A stretch of 64,000 bases of DNA from a virus, in the IMG/VR virus record IMGVR_UViG_3300027733_000030, positions 1 to 64,000 of that record; one strand, 5' to 3'. Shown here piece by piece: positions 9,116 to 19,619 of the stretch (the stretch's first letter is position 1; each line of letters opens with the position of its first letter). The notes beneath the pieces are model-generated. The model worked only from the letters and a program-made list of their open reading frames with translations, was not told the DNA's origin and searched no databases. Made by a program: the position numbers and the translations under genes.

Positions 9116-9127
9116 TCTTTTCTCCTA

Positions 9128-12100
9128 TTAGTTCGTATATCCGTAGAGTTTCCACGTTGCATTGATATTGGCGGGACTGGCGCCAAGTCTGAAAGTAGAA
9201 AGTGTAAATCCGTTATATGCAGTTGCCACGGAGTGGCGCACTGCACCAGTGTATGTTCCAAAATAAGAACTATTTTGAACTGTTATATTAGTGTTATCCG
9301 CAATATTTGGGCGACAGATATCCATTGCAATACTACTATCACCACTATTAGATGCTGTTCCAATAATGCCGAATGTAGCATTTTCTAAACCATAAGAATC
9401 TGTAGTGCCACTCCATAGCATTCCACTCAAAGCGCTGTAATAACCGGTTACTGAATCTGTTGAAGTTGCTCGTAAATTTATACCAATCAAATACAACAAA
9501 GAAGAATCAGTTGTTATATTTGATAATACTAATTTATAATTATCATAAGTTGAACTGAATACACTACTTATTGATGCCGTTGTTGCACCAGAGAATGTAC
9601 CACTAGATATGTAAACAAGACCAAGATCAGCGGTTGTAGCGACAGTGCCTGCCTTGTTCGGGAGTGTCAACGTTCTGTCTGCCGTAAGTGTCGTTGGTGT
9701 TAAAGTTACTTCGTAAGTACCAGTGCCGCCTGCACGCCCGGTAAGAGCAATTCCGTCTTGTGTTGCTGCTGCACGAACTGTTGTTGTACCTACTACATCT
9801 AACTTTGTTGCTGGTGTCGTAGTTCCGATACCAGTATTGCCACTGGCATCGATAACAAATGGTGTTGTGTCACCACCCGTTGCATCTTCAACTATAAAAG
9901 AATAACCTGCGCCACCGTTAAGAACACGCATAGCACCCCAACCGTTACTGGCAGAGTGGAGGACATCAAGCGTGTAAGAAGGCGATGATGTCATAATACC
10001 AACTTTTTGATTGGTATTACTAGCCGATATAACGCCATTATCTCCTAAGATTGTGTCGCCCGATACACGAAAATTACTGTCAATTTGGGTATCTCCAGCA
10101 ACTTGTAAAGTATATATCGGGGCATCTGTACCGATACCAACACGATTTGTTGTTGGGTCAACTACCAAAGTGTTGGTATCTACCGTTAAGTCGCCCGTGA
10201 CTGTCAGCGAACTTAAAGTACCTACAGAAGTGATACCTGTTTGAGCAGCATTGACCGACAGTGTGTTGCCAGACTTGGATAGTCCAGTACCAGCAGTGAT
10301 TTGACCAGCGCCAGAAAACTGTGTAAAAGAAAGTGATGTTGTGCCAAGTGTGATTGGGTCGTTGGTAGTGAGCACATAGCCCATATCGGCACTGACTGTT
10401 CCCTCAGAAACAAAGACATACATTCCGCTTGTAACTTTTGCTGATGTATTTGCATCTGTAGACCTTGATGCTACTCCAGATGCTACGACAACATAGATAC
10501 CATTTTCTGAGGCTGTTGTCTGGTTTTTGAGCAGAACACGGTCACCAGTTGCTACAACTACACCATCAATTGTTGAGGCGTTTGTAAGGGCAGAAGCAAC
10601 GGTGATGTTTACTGTTGAAGCGACTCTAACCGAATCTTTAATGTCAAGGCTCTGCGTGATGGCATCGGCGTAGGCTTTAGTGACAGCATCAGTTGAGTTT
10701 GTCGGAGTTGGGACTGTTACGGTCCCAGTAAAAGTAGGTGAAGCCAACTTTGCATAACCTTGACCTACTACATAGGCGGTAGTCGCAATTTGTGTCGTAT
10801 TGGTATCTACAGCAGCAGTAGTGCTTAAAGGAACACCAGTAAAAGTAGGACTAGCAATGTTTGCTTTTAAGCCATCATTACCGTTTAACTTTTGGAATGC
10901 CTGTAAAATACTGTCTGTAGCAGCAACGGTTCCAGCACCTGAAACATAGCCCGTTAGCACTTTTGCAATAACAGGAGCGTTAGTTAAGGTCGTAGCATTA
11001 CCGACACTTGTGACGTCCCCCGTAAGGTTTGCGTTAGTAACTACTGTTGCTGCGTTACCAACGGAAGTCACTCCGCCAGTCAAGTTGGCATTAGTGGTTA
11101 CGGTCGCAGCATTACCAGTCGTGTTTTGATTCCAAGTAGGAACAGTTCCTGTTAAACCAGTATAAGCAACATTGGTAGCAGTAGAGGCATTGCCTGTTAA
11201 TGGACCAGAAAATCCTGCTGCCGTTAGTGTTGTCCCATCGAACGTCAGGTTTGCGCTACCTGCTGCAGCATTTGTTCCGTCTTTGTAAACAACTTGGTTA
11301 GCGGAACCAGCGACTGGACCAGTGGCACCTTGTGGTCCTTGACTGCCTGTTGCGCCTTGAGATCCAGTCGCACCTTGTGGTCCTTGCGTTCCTTGAGGGC
11401 CAGTCGAGCCTTGCGAGCCAGTCGTACCCGTCGCTCCTTGAGGTCCGGTTGCACCTTGTGGACCAGTCGTGCCCGTAGCTCCTTGAGGGCCGGTTGCACC
11501 TTGCGAGCCTGTTGTACCTTGGGGTCCAGCAGCTCCTTGAGATCCAGTTGCACCCTGCGGTCCTTGGGCGCCTGTGCTTCCCTGCGGGCCCACATTTCCT
11601 TGGGCACCTGTTGAACCTTGTGGTCCTGTAGCTCCTTGAGGACCTGTTGCTCCTTGAGTTCCTGTGGCACCTTGGGCTCCAACGGATCCTTGCGGGCCTT
11701 GGGGGCCAGTAGAGCCTTGAGGACCCGTGTCTCCTTGGGGACCAGCAGCACCTTGGGATCCTGTTGCACCTTGGGGGCCAGCAACTCCTTGGGGTCCTTG
11801 TGGTCCAGTTGCACCTTGGGAGCCAGTAGCGCCTTGGGAGCCTGTTGCTCCCTGAGATCCAACATCACCTTGGGGGCCTGTTGCTCCCTGAGATCCTGTT
11901 GCTCCCTGGGCTCCAACAGATCCCTGTGGACCTTGAGGGCCAGTAGTACCCTGTGGTCCTATTGAACCCTGAGGGCCCGTTGAACCTTGCGATCCAGTGT
12001 CTCCCGTGGTGCCAGTAGCTCCCTGTGCGCCAGTGGCTCCTTGAGCTCCAGTTGCTCCCTGAGGGCCCGTTGCACCCTGCGAACCAGTTGCACCTTGTGC

Positions 12101-13696
12101 GCCTGTATTACCAGTATCACCTTTGTCGCCAGTACGAACAAATGTAATAATTATATCTTGACCATTTGCCCATGATGGAGAAGAGCCAGTCAGATAAGTA
12201 ACTGGAACTTTATAATATGAGGATACATAAGTGTGTGCTCCACTTATTGCGTAATAAGCAAAGACCGCTGAATTCCCAACTTCTTCTACCCTAAAGTGTC
12301 CCTTAATTGCGGAACTTGAATCATCAATTGTTTCAAGATATGCAGATACATCTACAGAGTTACTGTCAACTGGGTCTATGTATAAGAAAGTTGCAGTTGA
12401 AAAAGTATTATTAAACTTTAAGTTTGTTGTGCCGGGATCACTATCTGCTGTACTTGTTAAATAATTATATGAAAAAGTTGCTCCGCCAAAAGAGCCCGTT
12501 GCTCCCTGTGCCCCAGTGCTACCCTGAGATCCTGTGGCACCTTGAACTCCCTGTGGACCAACGGATCCCTGAGCTCCCGCATCCCCCTGTGGCCCAGTTG
12601 CCCCCTGGGGACCTGTAGATCCCTGAGATCCTGTTGAGCCTTGGGGGCCTGTTGCACCTTGCGCTCCTTGTGAGCCAACTGCACCTTGAGGACCGACGTC
12701 TCCCTGCGGTCCAGTTGAGCCCTGAGATCCAGTCGATCCCTGAGACCCTGTGGCCCCTTGTGAACCAGTGGCTCCTTGAGATCCAGCAACTCCCTGAGGA
12801 CCTATATCTCCTTGAGCTCCCGTAGATCCTTGGGCTCCAGTTGAGCCTTGAGCTCCTGTTGCACCCTGAGATCCAACACTGCCCTGAGGGCCCTGAGAAC
12901 CTGTTGCCCCTTGTGAGCCAGTGGCACCTTGGGGACCAACGTCACCTTGAGGTCCACTGCTACCAACTGACCCTTGGCTGCCCTGCGCTCCAGTAGCACC
13001 CTGAGGTCCCGTTGCACCTTGGGTGCCAGCTGAACCTTGTGGGCCCTGAGATCCAGTAGCTCCTGTTGCCCCTTGGGGGCCAGTAGAACCTTGTGGGCCT
13101 ATATCTCCTTGAGCGCCAGTGGAACCTGTGGCGCCTTGGGGACCAGTAGCCCCCTGAGAACCTGTGGCTCCTTGAGAGCCCGTAGCTCCTTGGGAGCCTG
13201 TGGCTCCTTGAGGGCCTTGTGGACCTTGTACACCAGCAAGAAGACTGGTGCCAACACCATTGCCTCCAGTACTTATGTCAAGATAAAAACCTCTTGCATT
13301 TCCGCCTTGCTCAAAGAAACGAAGTCTGTTTTGCCAAACGTCAATAGTGACTCCACCAGTAAGGGTGGTATTGGTGACTGCTTTCTTTAGGAAAATTTCA
13401 CCACCCTCATCACCAGATGAGTTATTGGAGATGAGGTTGCCTCCAGCAGCTATATTGCCAGAAACTGAGACGGCGGATGGTAAGCTTACAACAAAAGAGC
13501 CAGAGGTTTCAGTTACAGTAATTTGATCTGTAGTGCCAGTAATTCCAGTAATTAATTTAGCGCCAACAATAGTATTAGATGCGTTCTTATAGAATAACTT
13601 ACCATCTGCGTAGTTTAATGCCAGTTCGCCATGAGTCATAGAAACAGGTACAGACGTAGTCGTACCTGAATTCTTAACTAAAATAGTATTAGCCAT
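9128..13696 (-). CDS. collagen-like long tail fibre protein
   Basis: 1522 aa; N-terminal [15 protein letters not shown] fibre-attachment-type motif, two Gly-X-Y tracts, Thr/Gly-rich phage fibre modules. Confidence 0.88.
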   Translation of the reverse strand: MANTILVKNSGTTTSVPVSMTHGELALNYADGKLFYKNASNTIVGAKLITGITGTTDQITVTETSGSFVVSLPSAVSVSGNIAAGGNLISNNSSGDEGGEIFLKKAVTNTTLTGGVTIDVWQNRLRFFEQGGNARGFYLDISTGGNGVGTSLLAGVQGPQGPQGATGSQGATGSQGATGSQGATGPQGATGSTGAQGDIGPQGSTGPQGATGATGSQGPQGSAGTQGATGPQGATGAQGSQGSVGSSGPQGDVGPQGATGSQGATGSQGPQGSVGSQGATGAQGSTGAQGSTGAQGDIGPQGVAGSQGATGSQGATGSQGSTGSQGSTGPQGDVGPQGAVGSQGAQGATGPQGSTGSQGSTGPQGATGPQGDAGAQGSVGPQGVQGATGSQGSTGAQGATGSFGGATFSYNYLTSTADSDPGTTNLKFNNTFSTATFLYIDPVDSNSVDVSAYLETIDDSSSAIKGHFRVEEVGNSAVFAYYAISGAHTYVSSYYKVPVTYLTGSSPSWANGQDIIITFVRTGDKGDTGNTGAQGATGSQGATGPQGATGAQGATGAQGATGTTGDTGSQGSTGPQGSIGPQGTTGPQGPQGSVGAQGATGSQGATGPQGDVGSQGATGSQGATGSQGATGPQGPQGVAGPQGATGSQGAAGPQGDTGPQGSTGPQGPQGSVGAQGATGTQGATGPQGATGPQGSTGAQGNVGPQGSTGAQGPQGATGSQGAAGPQGTTGSQGATGPQGATGTTGPQGATGPQGATGTTGSQGSTGPQGTQGPQGATGSQGATGSQGPQGATGPVAGSANQVVYKDGTNAAAGSANLTFDGTTLTAAGFSGPLTGNASTATNVAYTGLTGTVPTWNQNTTGNAATVTTNANLTGGVTSVGNAATVVTNANLTGDVTSVGNATTLTNAPVIAKVLTGYVSGAGTVAATDSILQAFQKLNGNDGLKANIASPTFTGVPLSTTAAVDTNTTQIATTAYVVGQGYAKLASPTFTGTVTVPTPTNSTDAVTKAYADAITQSLDIKDSVRVASTVNITVASALTNASTIDGVVVATGDRVLLKNQTTASENGIYVVVASGVASRSTDANTSAKVTSGMYVFVSEGTVSADMGYVLTTNDPITLGTTSLSFTQFSGAGQITAGTGLSKSGNTLSVNAAQTGITSVGTLSSLTVTGDLTVDTNTLVVDPTTNRVGIGTDAPIYTLQVAGDTQIDSNFRVSGDTILGDNGVISASNTNQKVGIMTSSPSYTLDVLHSASNGWGAMRVLNGGAGYSFIVEDATGGDTTPFVIDASGNTGIGTTTPATKLDVVGTTTVRAAATQDGIALTGRAGGTGTYEVTLTPTTLTADRTLTLPNKAGTVATTADLGLVYISSGTFSGATTASISSVFSSTYDNYKLVLSNITTDSSLLYLIGINLRATSTDSVTGYYSALSGMLWSGTTDSYGLENATFGIIGTASNSGDSSIAMDICRPNIADNTNITVQNSSYFGTYTGAVRHSVATAYNGFTLSTFRLGASPANINATWKLYGYTN
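11312..12130 (-). repeat. collagen Gly-X-Y tract 2 (about 91 triplets)
   Basis: [12 protein letters not shown] triplets in the translation. Confidence 0.95.
12488..13234 (-). repeat. collagen Gly-X-Y tract 1 (about 83 triplets)
   Basis: [12 protein letters not shown] triplets in the translation. Confidence 0.95.
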
Positions 13697-13737
13697 GTAA
13701 AAACCTCTATAGGAATATAAAATAAGCGCTTATGTTA

Positions 13738-13744
13738 ATAGTAA
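13738..13744 (-). promoter_or_regulatory. candidate phage late-promoter motif TTACTAT
   Basis: intergenic, 41 nt upstream of the tail fibre ATG; recurs before other late genes. Confidence 0.5.
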
Positions 13745-13750
13745 CATTTT

Positions 13751-14548
13751 TTATTCTGTTGTGCCAGAACAAGATTCTAAATCTTCAAAACGTTTAGTAA
13801 TCAAATTATCATATTTAGCTGCGATTTCTGCAACGTTGTGTTGAATCAAGGCGTTGCGTGTACGCTGTGCAGTGAAGGGACCAATGTGTTGCTTGTAAAT
13901 CATTTTGGGAATATAATTAAATTTAGTAATTAAAAAAGTTCTAACAACTAAATCAAAATCATCTGCTACAGTAAAACGAGGATCATGCCCATTTAATTCC
14001 CTATAGACACTAGCTCGCCATGCACGTACATGATTAGGTGCCGAAACGATATGTCTAATAGTAGTGGGATTGACTTCTGGAGCACGCATTGTCCAGACTT
14101 GATGCTCTTCGTCCCAGTAATCTGAACCGTAACCAAAAGCCCAACCGTCTGGATATCTTCCAGATTGACCATCAGGTAAAATTTCACACCAATCAGAATA
14201 AACAAATCCAACTTCTGGATCAGTAAATGCGTCAGCAATTAACTGTAGTGCGTCGGGCATTAATTCATCATCGTGATCTAACTCTACTAGAATGTCACCT
14301 TCGGCTGCCATCATGCACTGACGTTTAACTCTGCCAATACTTCCGGAATGGACGTGTGATTTATGCGCCATCAGTCTGAATCTTTCATCAGATGCTAAAC
14401 CATAAATTTGACTCCATGTATCATTATTAGTAGAGTCGTCCCAAACGACCCACTCCCAATCAGTATAAGTCTGAGATTTAAGACTTGCCCAAGTTCTAGC
14501 TAGAATACTTGGATCAGTATTATAAGTTGGTGTACAAATAGAAATCAT
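13751..14548 (-). CDS. glycosyltransferase family 2
   Basis: ISICTPTYN, VVWDDS, ELDHDD (DxD), DDFDL. Confidence 0.9.
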   Translation of the reverse strand: MISICTPTYNTDPSILARTWASLKSQTYTDWEWVVWDDSTNNDTWSQIYGLASDERFRLMAHKSHVHSGSIGRVKRQCMMAAEGDILVELDHDDELMPDALQLIADAFTDPEVGFVYSDWCEILPDGQSGRYPDGWAFGYGSDYWDEEHQVWTMRAPEVNPTTIRHIVSAPNHVRAWRASVYRELNGHDPRFTVADDFDLVVRTFLITKFNYIPKMIYKQHIGPFTAQRTRNALIQHNVAEIAAKYDNLITKRFEDLESCSGTTE

Positions 14549-14581
14549 TTAAACCTCAATGTCAATAAAATATATTTATAT

Positions 14582-14609
14582 ATTATCACAATAATTTCTA
14601 GTGTGTCAA
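14582..14609 (-). promoter_or_regulatory. sigma70-type promoter TTGACA-N16-GATAAT
   Basis: consensus -35 and TG-extended -10 upstream of the GT2 gene. Confidence 0.6.
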
Positions 14610-14672
14610 CAATCTACACTCTTATTTAGGGACTTTAGTCTTACTATTTTATCGAGGATGGGAGTCTTTATC

Positions 14673-17219
14673 ATGCGGAATTTTATTGGTAACTTATTTA
14701 GGTTTTCTACTATATCACTAGCTATTGTTGGTTTTTTTGCGCCGCTATCAAGTGCGCATGCAAGCAGTGCGCTTGTCAATGGGGATTTTAATGGGGCATC
14801 TGGATGGACAATAGTTCAAAATGGTGGATCAGGTGTATCATTCCAAGGATCTCTTCGCTTTTCTTATCAGTCTGGAACAGTTTCTCAAACAGTTGACGCT
14901 TCCCCAGGAGAGACTTTAGATGTTTCTTTTATTGTAGATAATAGCCTAACAAATAGCGTAGGCCAAGGTGCTATATCAGACACTTGGACAGCAACCCTAT
15001 CTTCAGATTCTGCTTCTCCCACCTCCGCTACAGTCACTAGATCTGTTGCCCATGATCCGGAAAACTTCAGTCTGTCTATTTTAATTCCGCAGGGAGCAAC
15101 CAACGCTACAATAACTTTTAGCGGCATGGACAACGGATACTGGGCTGGGCATTATGGTCCGAGTATTGACAATGTAAATCTATCTATAACTCCAGCACCA
15201 ACATCATTAGTTGTCACAAGTTTAGAAGATACGAATACGACAGGAACTTTACGCTGGGCAATTAATCAGGCAAACGCTACCGCTGGCGGAATCTATGATG
15301 CAATTGTTATTACGGTCCCGGGCACAATCACCCTTACGGCTGATCTTCCCGCAATCACTCAAGGAGTGTCAATCACTGGAACTGGTATGGCAACTACCAT
15401 TATTGACGGCGATAGCGCCTATCGCTCTATCTATAACAATGGCTATCGTAGCGTCTCCATTAGCGATTTGACCTTCAAGCGCGGAAAAAACGCCACGGGC
15501 GGAATTGCTTGGATAAACAATGGAACTTTTACGATTACAAATGTAAAGTTCACCGACTCACAAAACTACGCGTGGTATCAGCAGAATAACACCGTCACAA
15601 CATTTGAATCTTGCCAATTTACCTATCTTGCAAACGCAATTCGGTCGGACTACGGCTCAACCCCGTCTACCAAGAGTGATGACTCTGCGTATGGTGACCG
15701 TATCTATATCAACAACTCTCAGTTTCTAAATAATAACTACGGTCTTGCGACTGAGCGTTTTGTGCGAATCAGCAACTCCGTGTTTTCCAACAACGTTGTT
15801 GCCGCTCAAATGCAGGGGTTAAATAGGATCCAGGTCTACGGATCAACGTTTAGCAACAACGCAACGGCAATTTATATTTTCTCATGGATTCCTTCCTCGT
15901 GGACGCCAGGTGCAGACAATCAAGTTATTGAAGGAAACACGTTCACAAGCAACTCTACTGCTATAACCTTCAATAACTACTTCAGTAATGGTTCGCTCAT
16001 TGCTGGTAGCAATAGCTCCAACTCCTGGTCTACTTCACGCGCTAATAGTTTTAGCGAGAACACGAATATCTATAGTGGCTCTGGATTCATTGAAGACAAC
16101 AACACCGTTGTTACAACAACAGAGCCACCAACAACCACAACAACCACAACAACTACAACAACTACAACTGAACCACCGACTACAACCACCACAACAGAAG
16201 CCCCAACTACAACCACTGAACCAGAAACCACAACGACTGAGCCAGAGACTACAACTACCGAACCAGAAACTACTACTGAAGCTCCTGTTGTGACAGAACC
16301 GGAAACTACAACTACTACTGAACCAGAAACAATTCCCCCTGTGGTTATTCCTCCAGATACAGATCCCCCTGTAGATGATACTGAACCCGAGATAACGGTT
16401 CCTGAGCCTGAAGTGACAGAACCAGAAACAACTATTGCTGAGCCAGAGACTACGACACCAGAACCTGAGACTACTGTTCCAGATGACATATCTAATCAAG
16501 TAGATGAGATTTTATCTGGAGATTTAACTGAAGAAGAATTTGCTAATGCCGTAGATGAAATTTTAACTTCAGCTGATAATGAAGAAGAGTTAGTTGCTGC
16601 AGCTACAGAATTATTATCTGGTGATTTATCAGTAGAACAGTTCACAGAAGTCCTCGATCAAGTTTTTATAGAAGAATTAAGCGATGAGGCGTTTACTGAA
16701 GTCCTTAATACTGTGTTTGAAGAACCACTAAGTGACGAAGAATTTACTGCGGTGTTAAGTGCAGTATTGGATCAGCCATTGAGTGACGAACAATTTGCAA
16801 GTTTGGTTGACGTCTTGAGTGGCGACACAGTTACTGATGAGCAAGTCCAAGAAGCTGTCGATGCAATTATAGAAAATGGAATCACGGAAGAACAAGCAAC
16901 TGAGATTGCCACAAGTGCAGAAGTACTATCTTCTATCGACGGAGATCAGGCAGCTGAGATCTTTGCTGAAATTCCAATAGATCAAATAACAGAAGAACAA
17001 GCTTTGGAAATTATTGCTGCGGTGCAAGATGCTCCAGAAGAAGTTCGTTCTTCATTTGAGGAAGAAATAAATATATTTGGTTCCGGAAGTTTAAACACTT
17101 ACGTACCATTAGGTTCCGCTGTGAATGTGGGACAAAGAAGAGCTGTCATTGCTGCCGGTGCAGTAATTGCTGCTGCTCCAGCTGCAGGTGCTGCTGGCGG
17201 ATCAAGACGAAGAAAATAA
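14673..17219 (+). CDS. secreted/surface protein: signal peptide, beta-sandwich, beta-helix, Thr/Pro/Glu linker, acidic helical repeats
   Basis: start revised to ATG 14673 (GGAG RBS); MRNF...SSAHA signal peptide; F..N repeats of right-handed beta-helix type; TTTEP repeats; hydrophobic tail ending RRRK. Confidence 0.75.
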   Translation: MRNFIGNLFRFSTISLAIVGFFAPLSSAHASSALVNGDFNGASGWTIVQNGGSGVSFQGSLRFSYQSGTVSQTVDASPGETLDVSFIVDNSLTNSVGQGAISDTWTATLSSDSASPTSATVTRSVAHDPENFSLSILIPQGATNATITFSGMDNGYWAGHYGPSIDNVNLSITPAPTSLVVTSLEDTNTTGTLRWAINQANATAGGIYDAIVITVPGTITLTADLPAITQGVSITGTGMATTIIDGDSAYRSIYNNGYRSVSISDLTFKRGKNATGGIAWINNGTFTITNVKFTDSQNYAWYQQNNTVTTFESCQFTYLANAIRSDYGSTPSTKSDDSAYGDRIYINNSQFLNNNYGLATERFVRISNSVFSNNVVAAQMQGLNRIQVYGSTFSNNATAIYIFSWIPSSWTPGADNQVIEGNTFTSNSTAITFNNYFSNGSLIAGSNSSNSWSTSRANSFSENTNIYSGSGFIEDNNTVVTTTEPPTTTTTTTTTTTTTEPPTTTTTTEAPTTTTEPETTTTEPETTTTEPETTTEAPVVTEPETTTTTEPETIPPVVIPPDTDPPVDDTEPEITVPEPEVTEPETTIAEPETTTPEPETTVPDDISNQVDEILSGDLTEEEFANAVDEILTSADNEEELVAAATELLSGDLSVEQFTEVLDQVFIEELSDEAFTEVLNTVFEEPLSDEEFTAVLSAVLDQPLSDEQFASLVDVLSGDTVTDEQVQEAVDAIIENGITEEQATEIATSAEVLSSIDGDQAAEIFAEIPIDQITEEQALEIIAAVQDAPEEVRSSFEEEINIFGSGSLNTYVPLGSAVNVGQRRAVIAAGAVIAAAPAAGAAGGSRRRK

Positions 17220-17233
17220 CAGGGAGACTAATA

Positions 17234-17422
17234 ATGAAAAAATTTATAACTAAATTAACATCTGCAATTTACGATCAGGCCTGGACAATAGCCGGAACTG
17301 TATTAGTTCTTATCACTTTGTCTGGAGACATACAGTCATGGGGAATTAAGATTAGTGTTATCACACTATCTGTCGTTCTTCTCGGAGCTGTCATTAAAAA
17401 GGAGTCAGAAGACTCTGATTGA
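17234..17422 (+). CDS. small two-TM membrane protein
   Basis: 62 aa, two hydrophobic segments, GGAG RBS. Confidence 0.7.
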   Translation: MKKFITKLTSAIYDQAWTIAGTVLVLITLSGDIQSWGIKISVITLSVVLLGAVIKKESEDSD

Positions 17423-17423
17423 A

Positions 17424-17798
17424 TTAACCTTTAATTAGCTCTTCAGGAATAATCCACAATTTACAAATAGCTTCGTTTTCGATTTGGCCAGCAACCAATT
17501 CGCAGCCACCACCACCTAAAAAGAAAACACAATTCCCGCAAACTAATCCTTCTTCTTTGAAAGGGTTTGCTTCAGCTGGCGCATAGTGTGCTCCATCTGC
17601 TTTTGATGTTTGTTCGAATTTACCATTGGTCTCAACAATATTCTCATACATATCATACATCATTTTTTGACGATCATTTAATTTATTGTGAGGATCATCC
17701 GTATCTTCGGAATCATCTTTAGGCATATCATTTTCTGGCTGATTCTTATTATCTGGAGAGCTGTATTCTGATAGCCAATAATTATTCATTATTTTCAT
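17424..17798 (-). CDS. HiPIP-like Cys4 protein
   Basis: CGNCVFFLGGGGCELVAGQIENEAICKLW = C-x2-C-x8-C-x12-C. Confidence 0.6.
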   Translation of the reverse strand: MKIMNNYWLSEYSSPDNKNQPENDMPKDDSEDTDDPHNKLNDRQKMMYDMYENIVETNGKFEQTSKADGAHYAPAEANPFKEEGLVCGNCVFFLGGGGCELVAGQIENEAICKLWIIPEELIKG

Positions 17799-18114
17799 CT
17801 TTCATGGAACTTTTTACTACGCCGTCTGGAATTGCAGCTAATCTACATAATCCTTCTTCTTCTACGGTTTGAGCGACAATTTTACATACGCCCTGACCTT
17901 GATAAAAAGCGCAGTTTTCACACTTGACCCCAATGCCAGAGTCTTCGTTTTCTTCGGCTGAGCGATATCCTACCCAGATTCCATTACCATCACTATTTGC
18001 AAGCTTACCATATCTTGAAACTATGCCCATCAGAGCCCGTACATACTCCTGTTCCGCTGGAGCCATTTTGTGCTCTTCTTGTTCCAGAAATTCAGCTAAC
18101 CAATAAATTGACAT
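17782..18114 (-). CDS. HiPIP-like Cys4 protein (paralog)
   Basis: CENCAFYQGQGVCKIVAQTVEEEGLCRL, identical Cys spacing. Confidence 0.6.
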   Translation of the reverse strand: MSIYWLAEFLEQEEHKMAPAEQEYVRALMGIVSRYGKLANSDGNGIWVGYRSAEENEDSGIGVKCENCAFYQGQGVCKIVAQTVEEEGLCRLAAIPDGVVKSSMKDENNE

Positions 18115-18170
18115 TTTTCTCCTAAAAGATAGTTACTATGTATATATAATAGCATGTTTTGAAAACTTAT

Positions 18171-18374
18171 TCAGCCTATGCAGTTTCTTGAGCAGAACTT
18201 TTCATTATTATGCTCATAGACTATGCCACGTACAAACTGTCTGTTGCATGTGGGGCAATTAAAAGTTTTGCCCTTTAATCCTATATATAAAATAGCTTTA
18301 CCTAAAAGCTCTACTTTTAATGTAGCTACGGGTGAATTTGAAACATTTTTCTTTGCGGGCTTTTTACCGGCCAT
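18171..18374 (-). CDS. small basic Zn-finger protein
   Basis: CPTC...FCSRNC, Lys-rich N-terminus. Confidence 0.6.
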   Translation of the reverse strand: MAGKKPAKKNVSNSPVATLKVELLGKAILYIGLKGKTFNCPTCNRQFVRGIVYEHNNEKFCSRNCIG

Positions 18375-18408
18375 TTTGACTCCTTAGGTATTCAAGACAT
18401 CTAGGAGT

Positions 18409-18415
18409 ATAGTAA
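18409..18415 (-). promoter_or_regulatory. candidate late-promoter motif TTACTAT
   Basis: intergenic, 34 nt upstream of ATG 18374. Confidence 0.45.
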
Positions 18416-18425
18416 TCACTTTTTC

Positions 18426-19166
18426 CTATTTATAGTTATTTTGCACGTAAACAGGATACGTTCCGTCTATTTCATAGTACTTTAGGGGGAACCTATCGAA
18501 TGGATCTATGCCATCCTGTATTCTTTGCAGGATAGATTGTACGGATTTGAATTCATCTTTATTATATTCCGTATGGGCAAAGGATTCTATCTTTTTAACT
18601 ATGTCTTGTTCGCTGGCAAAATAAGAAAAATGCCATCCCGCATCGGGAATAATATTTTTAGTATTTGATCTCAAATCTTGGGGGGTTGTGTTTGCCAGAT
18701 GCTGAAACTTCAGAGCCACTGGTCTTGCCCCCTGGTTGCAGTGTTGTGGAGCCATCCAATGAAAGTTCCAGAAGTATTGATTATTATCTAATCTTGTAGG
18801 TAGTTTAATTTTTTTCAATTTCCGTATAACAGATGGTTTAATTATTTCATCTGCGTCAGATATTAAAATTACGTCATTCTTCTCAGCAAGAGACAGCCCA
18901 TCTACGATAGCGTTTCTTTGAAAGTATTCTCTTTCCCAAGATGTCGATAATGAAGAAGGAAAATCTATTCTTACTTTAATAATTTTATCCTGCCACCGTT
19001 CAATCCAGCTGGAAACATCATCTAGATAGAACGGTTTATCAATGCCGGTAAACGTTTGTGACGCCTCGACAATCACAAAGTAATCTACGACATCATTAAG
19101 CTCTTCCAATCTTAGACGAAGAATATCTTCTTCATTAAAATATGTAAAACAATCAAATATTTTCAT
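18426..19166 (-). CDS. glycosyltransferase family 17-like (beta-1,4-GlcNAc transferase)
   Basis: DCFTYFNEEDILRLRLEEL, VIVEASQTFTG, REYFQRN, SDADEI, GWHFSY. Confidence 0.85.
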   Translation of the reverse strand: MKIFDCFTYFNEEDILRLRLEELNDVVDYFVIVEASQTFTGIDKPFYLDDVSSWIERWQDKIIKVRIDFPSSLSTSWEREYFQRNAIVDGLSLAEKNDVILISDADEIIKPSVIRKLKKIKLPTRLDNNQYFWNFHWMAPQHCNQGARPVALKFQHLANTTPQDLRSNTKNIIPDAGWHFSYFASEQDIVKKIESFAHTEYNKDEFKSVQSILQRIQDGIDPFDRFPLKYYEIDGTYPVYVQNNYK

Positions 19167-19611
19167 ACACTAATACATTCTCATTTTTAAAGATTGAATA
19201 TCTTCTAATGTCAGTTTCCACTTGTGCATTAATAGTTAGATATTTTCCAAGATCATTTGCCCAAACACCTGGATTGACCAACATTGCAAAACCACCAGGT
19301 TTTAAAAAGTTTTTAATCTGGCTGGCTGTCATATCGGTGTCACCGTTTAAAAGTTTTGGATCATAATTAAATGAAATAAATAAATCACAAATTGATTCGC
19401 CAAAATGCATTCCGTTAACACCAACCTCCCAGTACTTGCACCAGTCGTTAGAGAAATATTTTTCTCTTTCAGTATGTAACATAAACGCACCAATGCTGTG
19501 CTTAGGTGTGCGCAAAACATCTATCAGTTCTTTGTTGCGACCATAAACAGTTGTGAATGTTCTTTCGCGGAACACATCTCTAATTATATGTGCTACGTAG
19601 TCCCAGTTCAT
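19153..19611 (-). CDS. hypothetical protein, possibly a degenerate methyltransferase
   Basis: FLKPGGFAMLV segment only. Confidence 0.45.
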   Translation of the reverse strand: MNWDYVAHIIRDVFRERTFTTVYGRNKELIDVLRTPKHSIGAFMLHTEREKYFSNDWCKYWEVGVNGMHFGESICDLFISFNYDPKLLNGDTDMTASQIKNFLKPGGFAMLVNPGVWANDLGKYLTINAQVETDIRRYSIFKNENVLVYENI

Positions 19612-19619
19612 AATATATA

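Noticed and set aside
11245-13390. Several long overlapping or antisense ORFs across the collagen tracts
   Set aside because: Shadow frames of Gly-X-Y codon periodicity; no RBS or independent features
14573-14580. T4-type late promoter TATAAATA on the minus strand
   Set aside because: Single copy in an AT-rich gap, better explained by the adjacent TTGACA/GATAAT promoter
15988-16499. Alternative-frame ORFs over the TTTEP linker
   Set aside because: Artefacts of the low-complexity repeat
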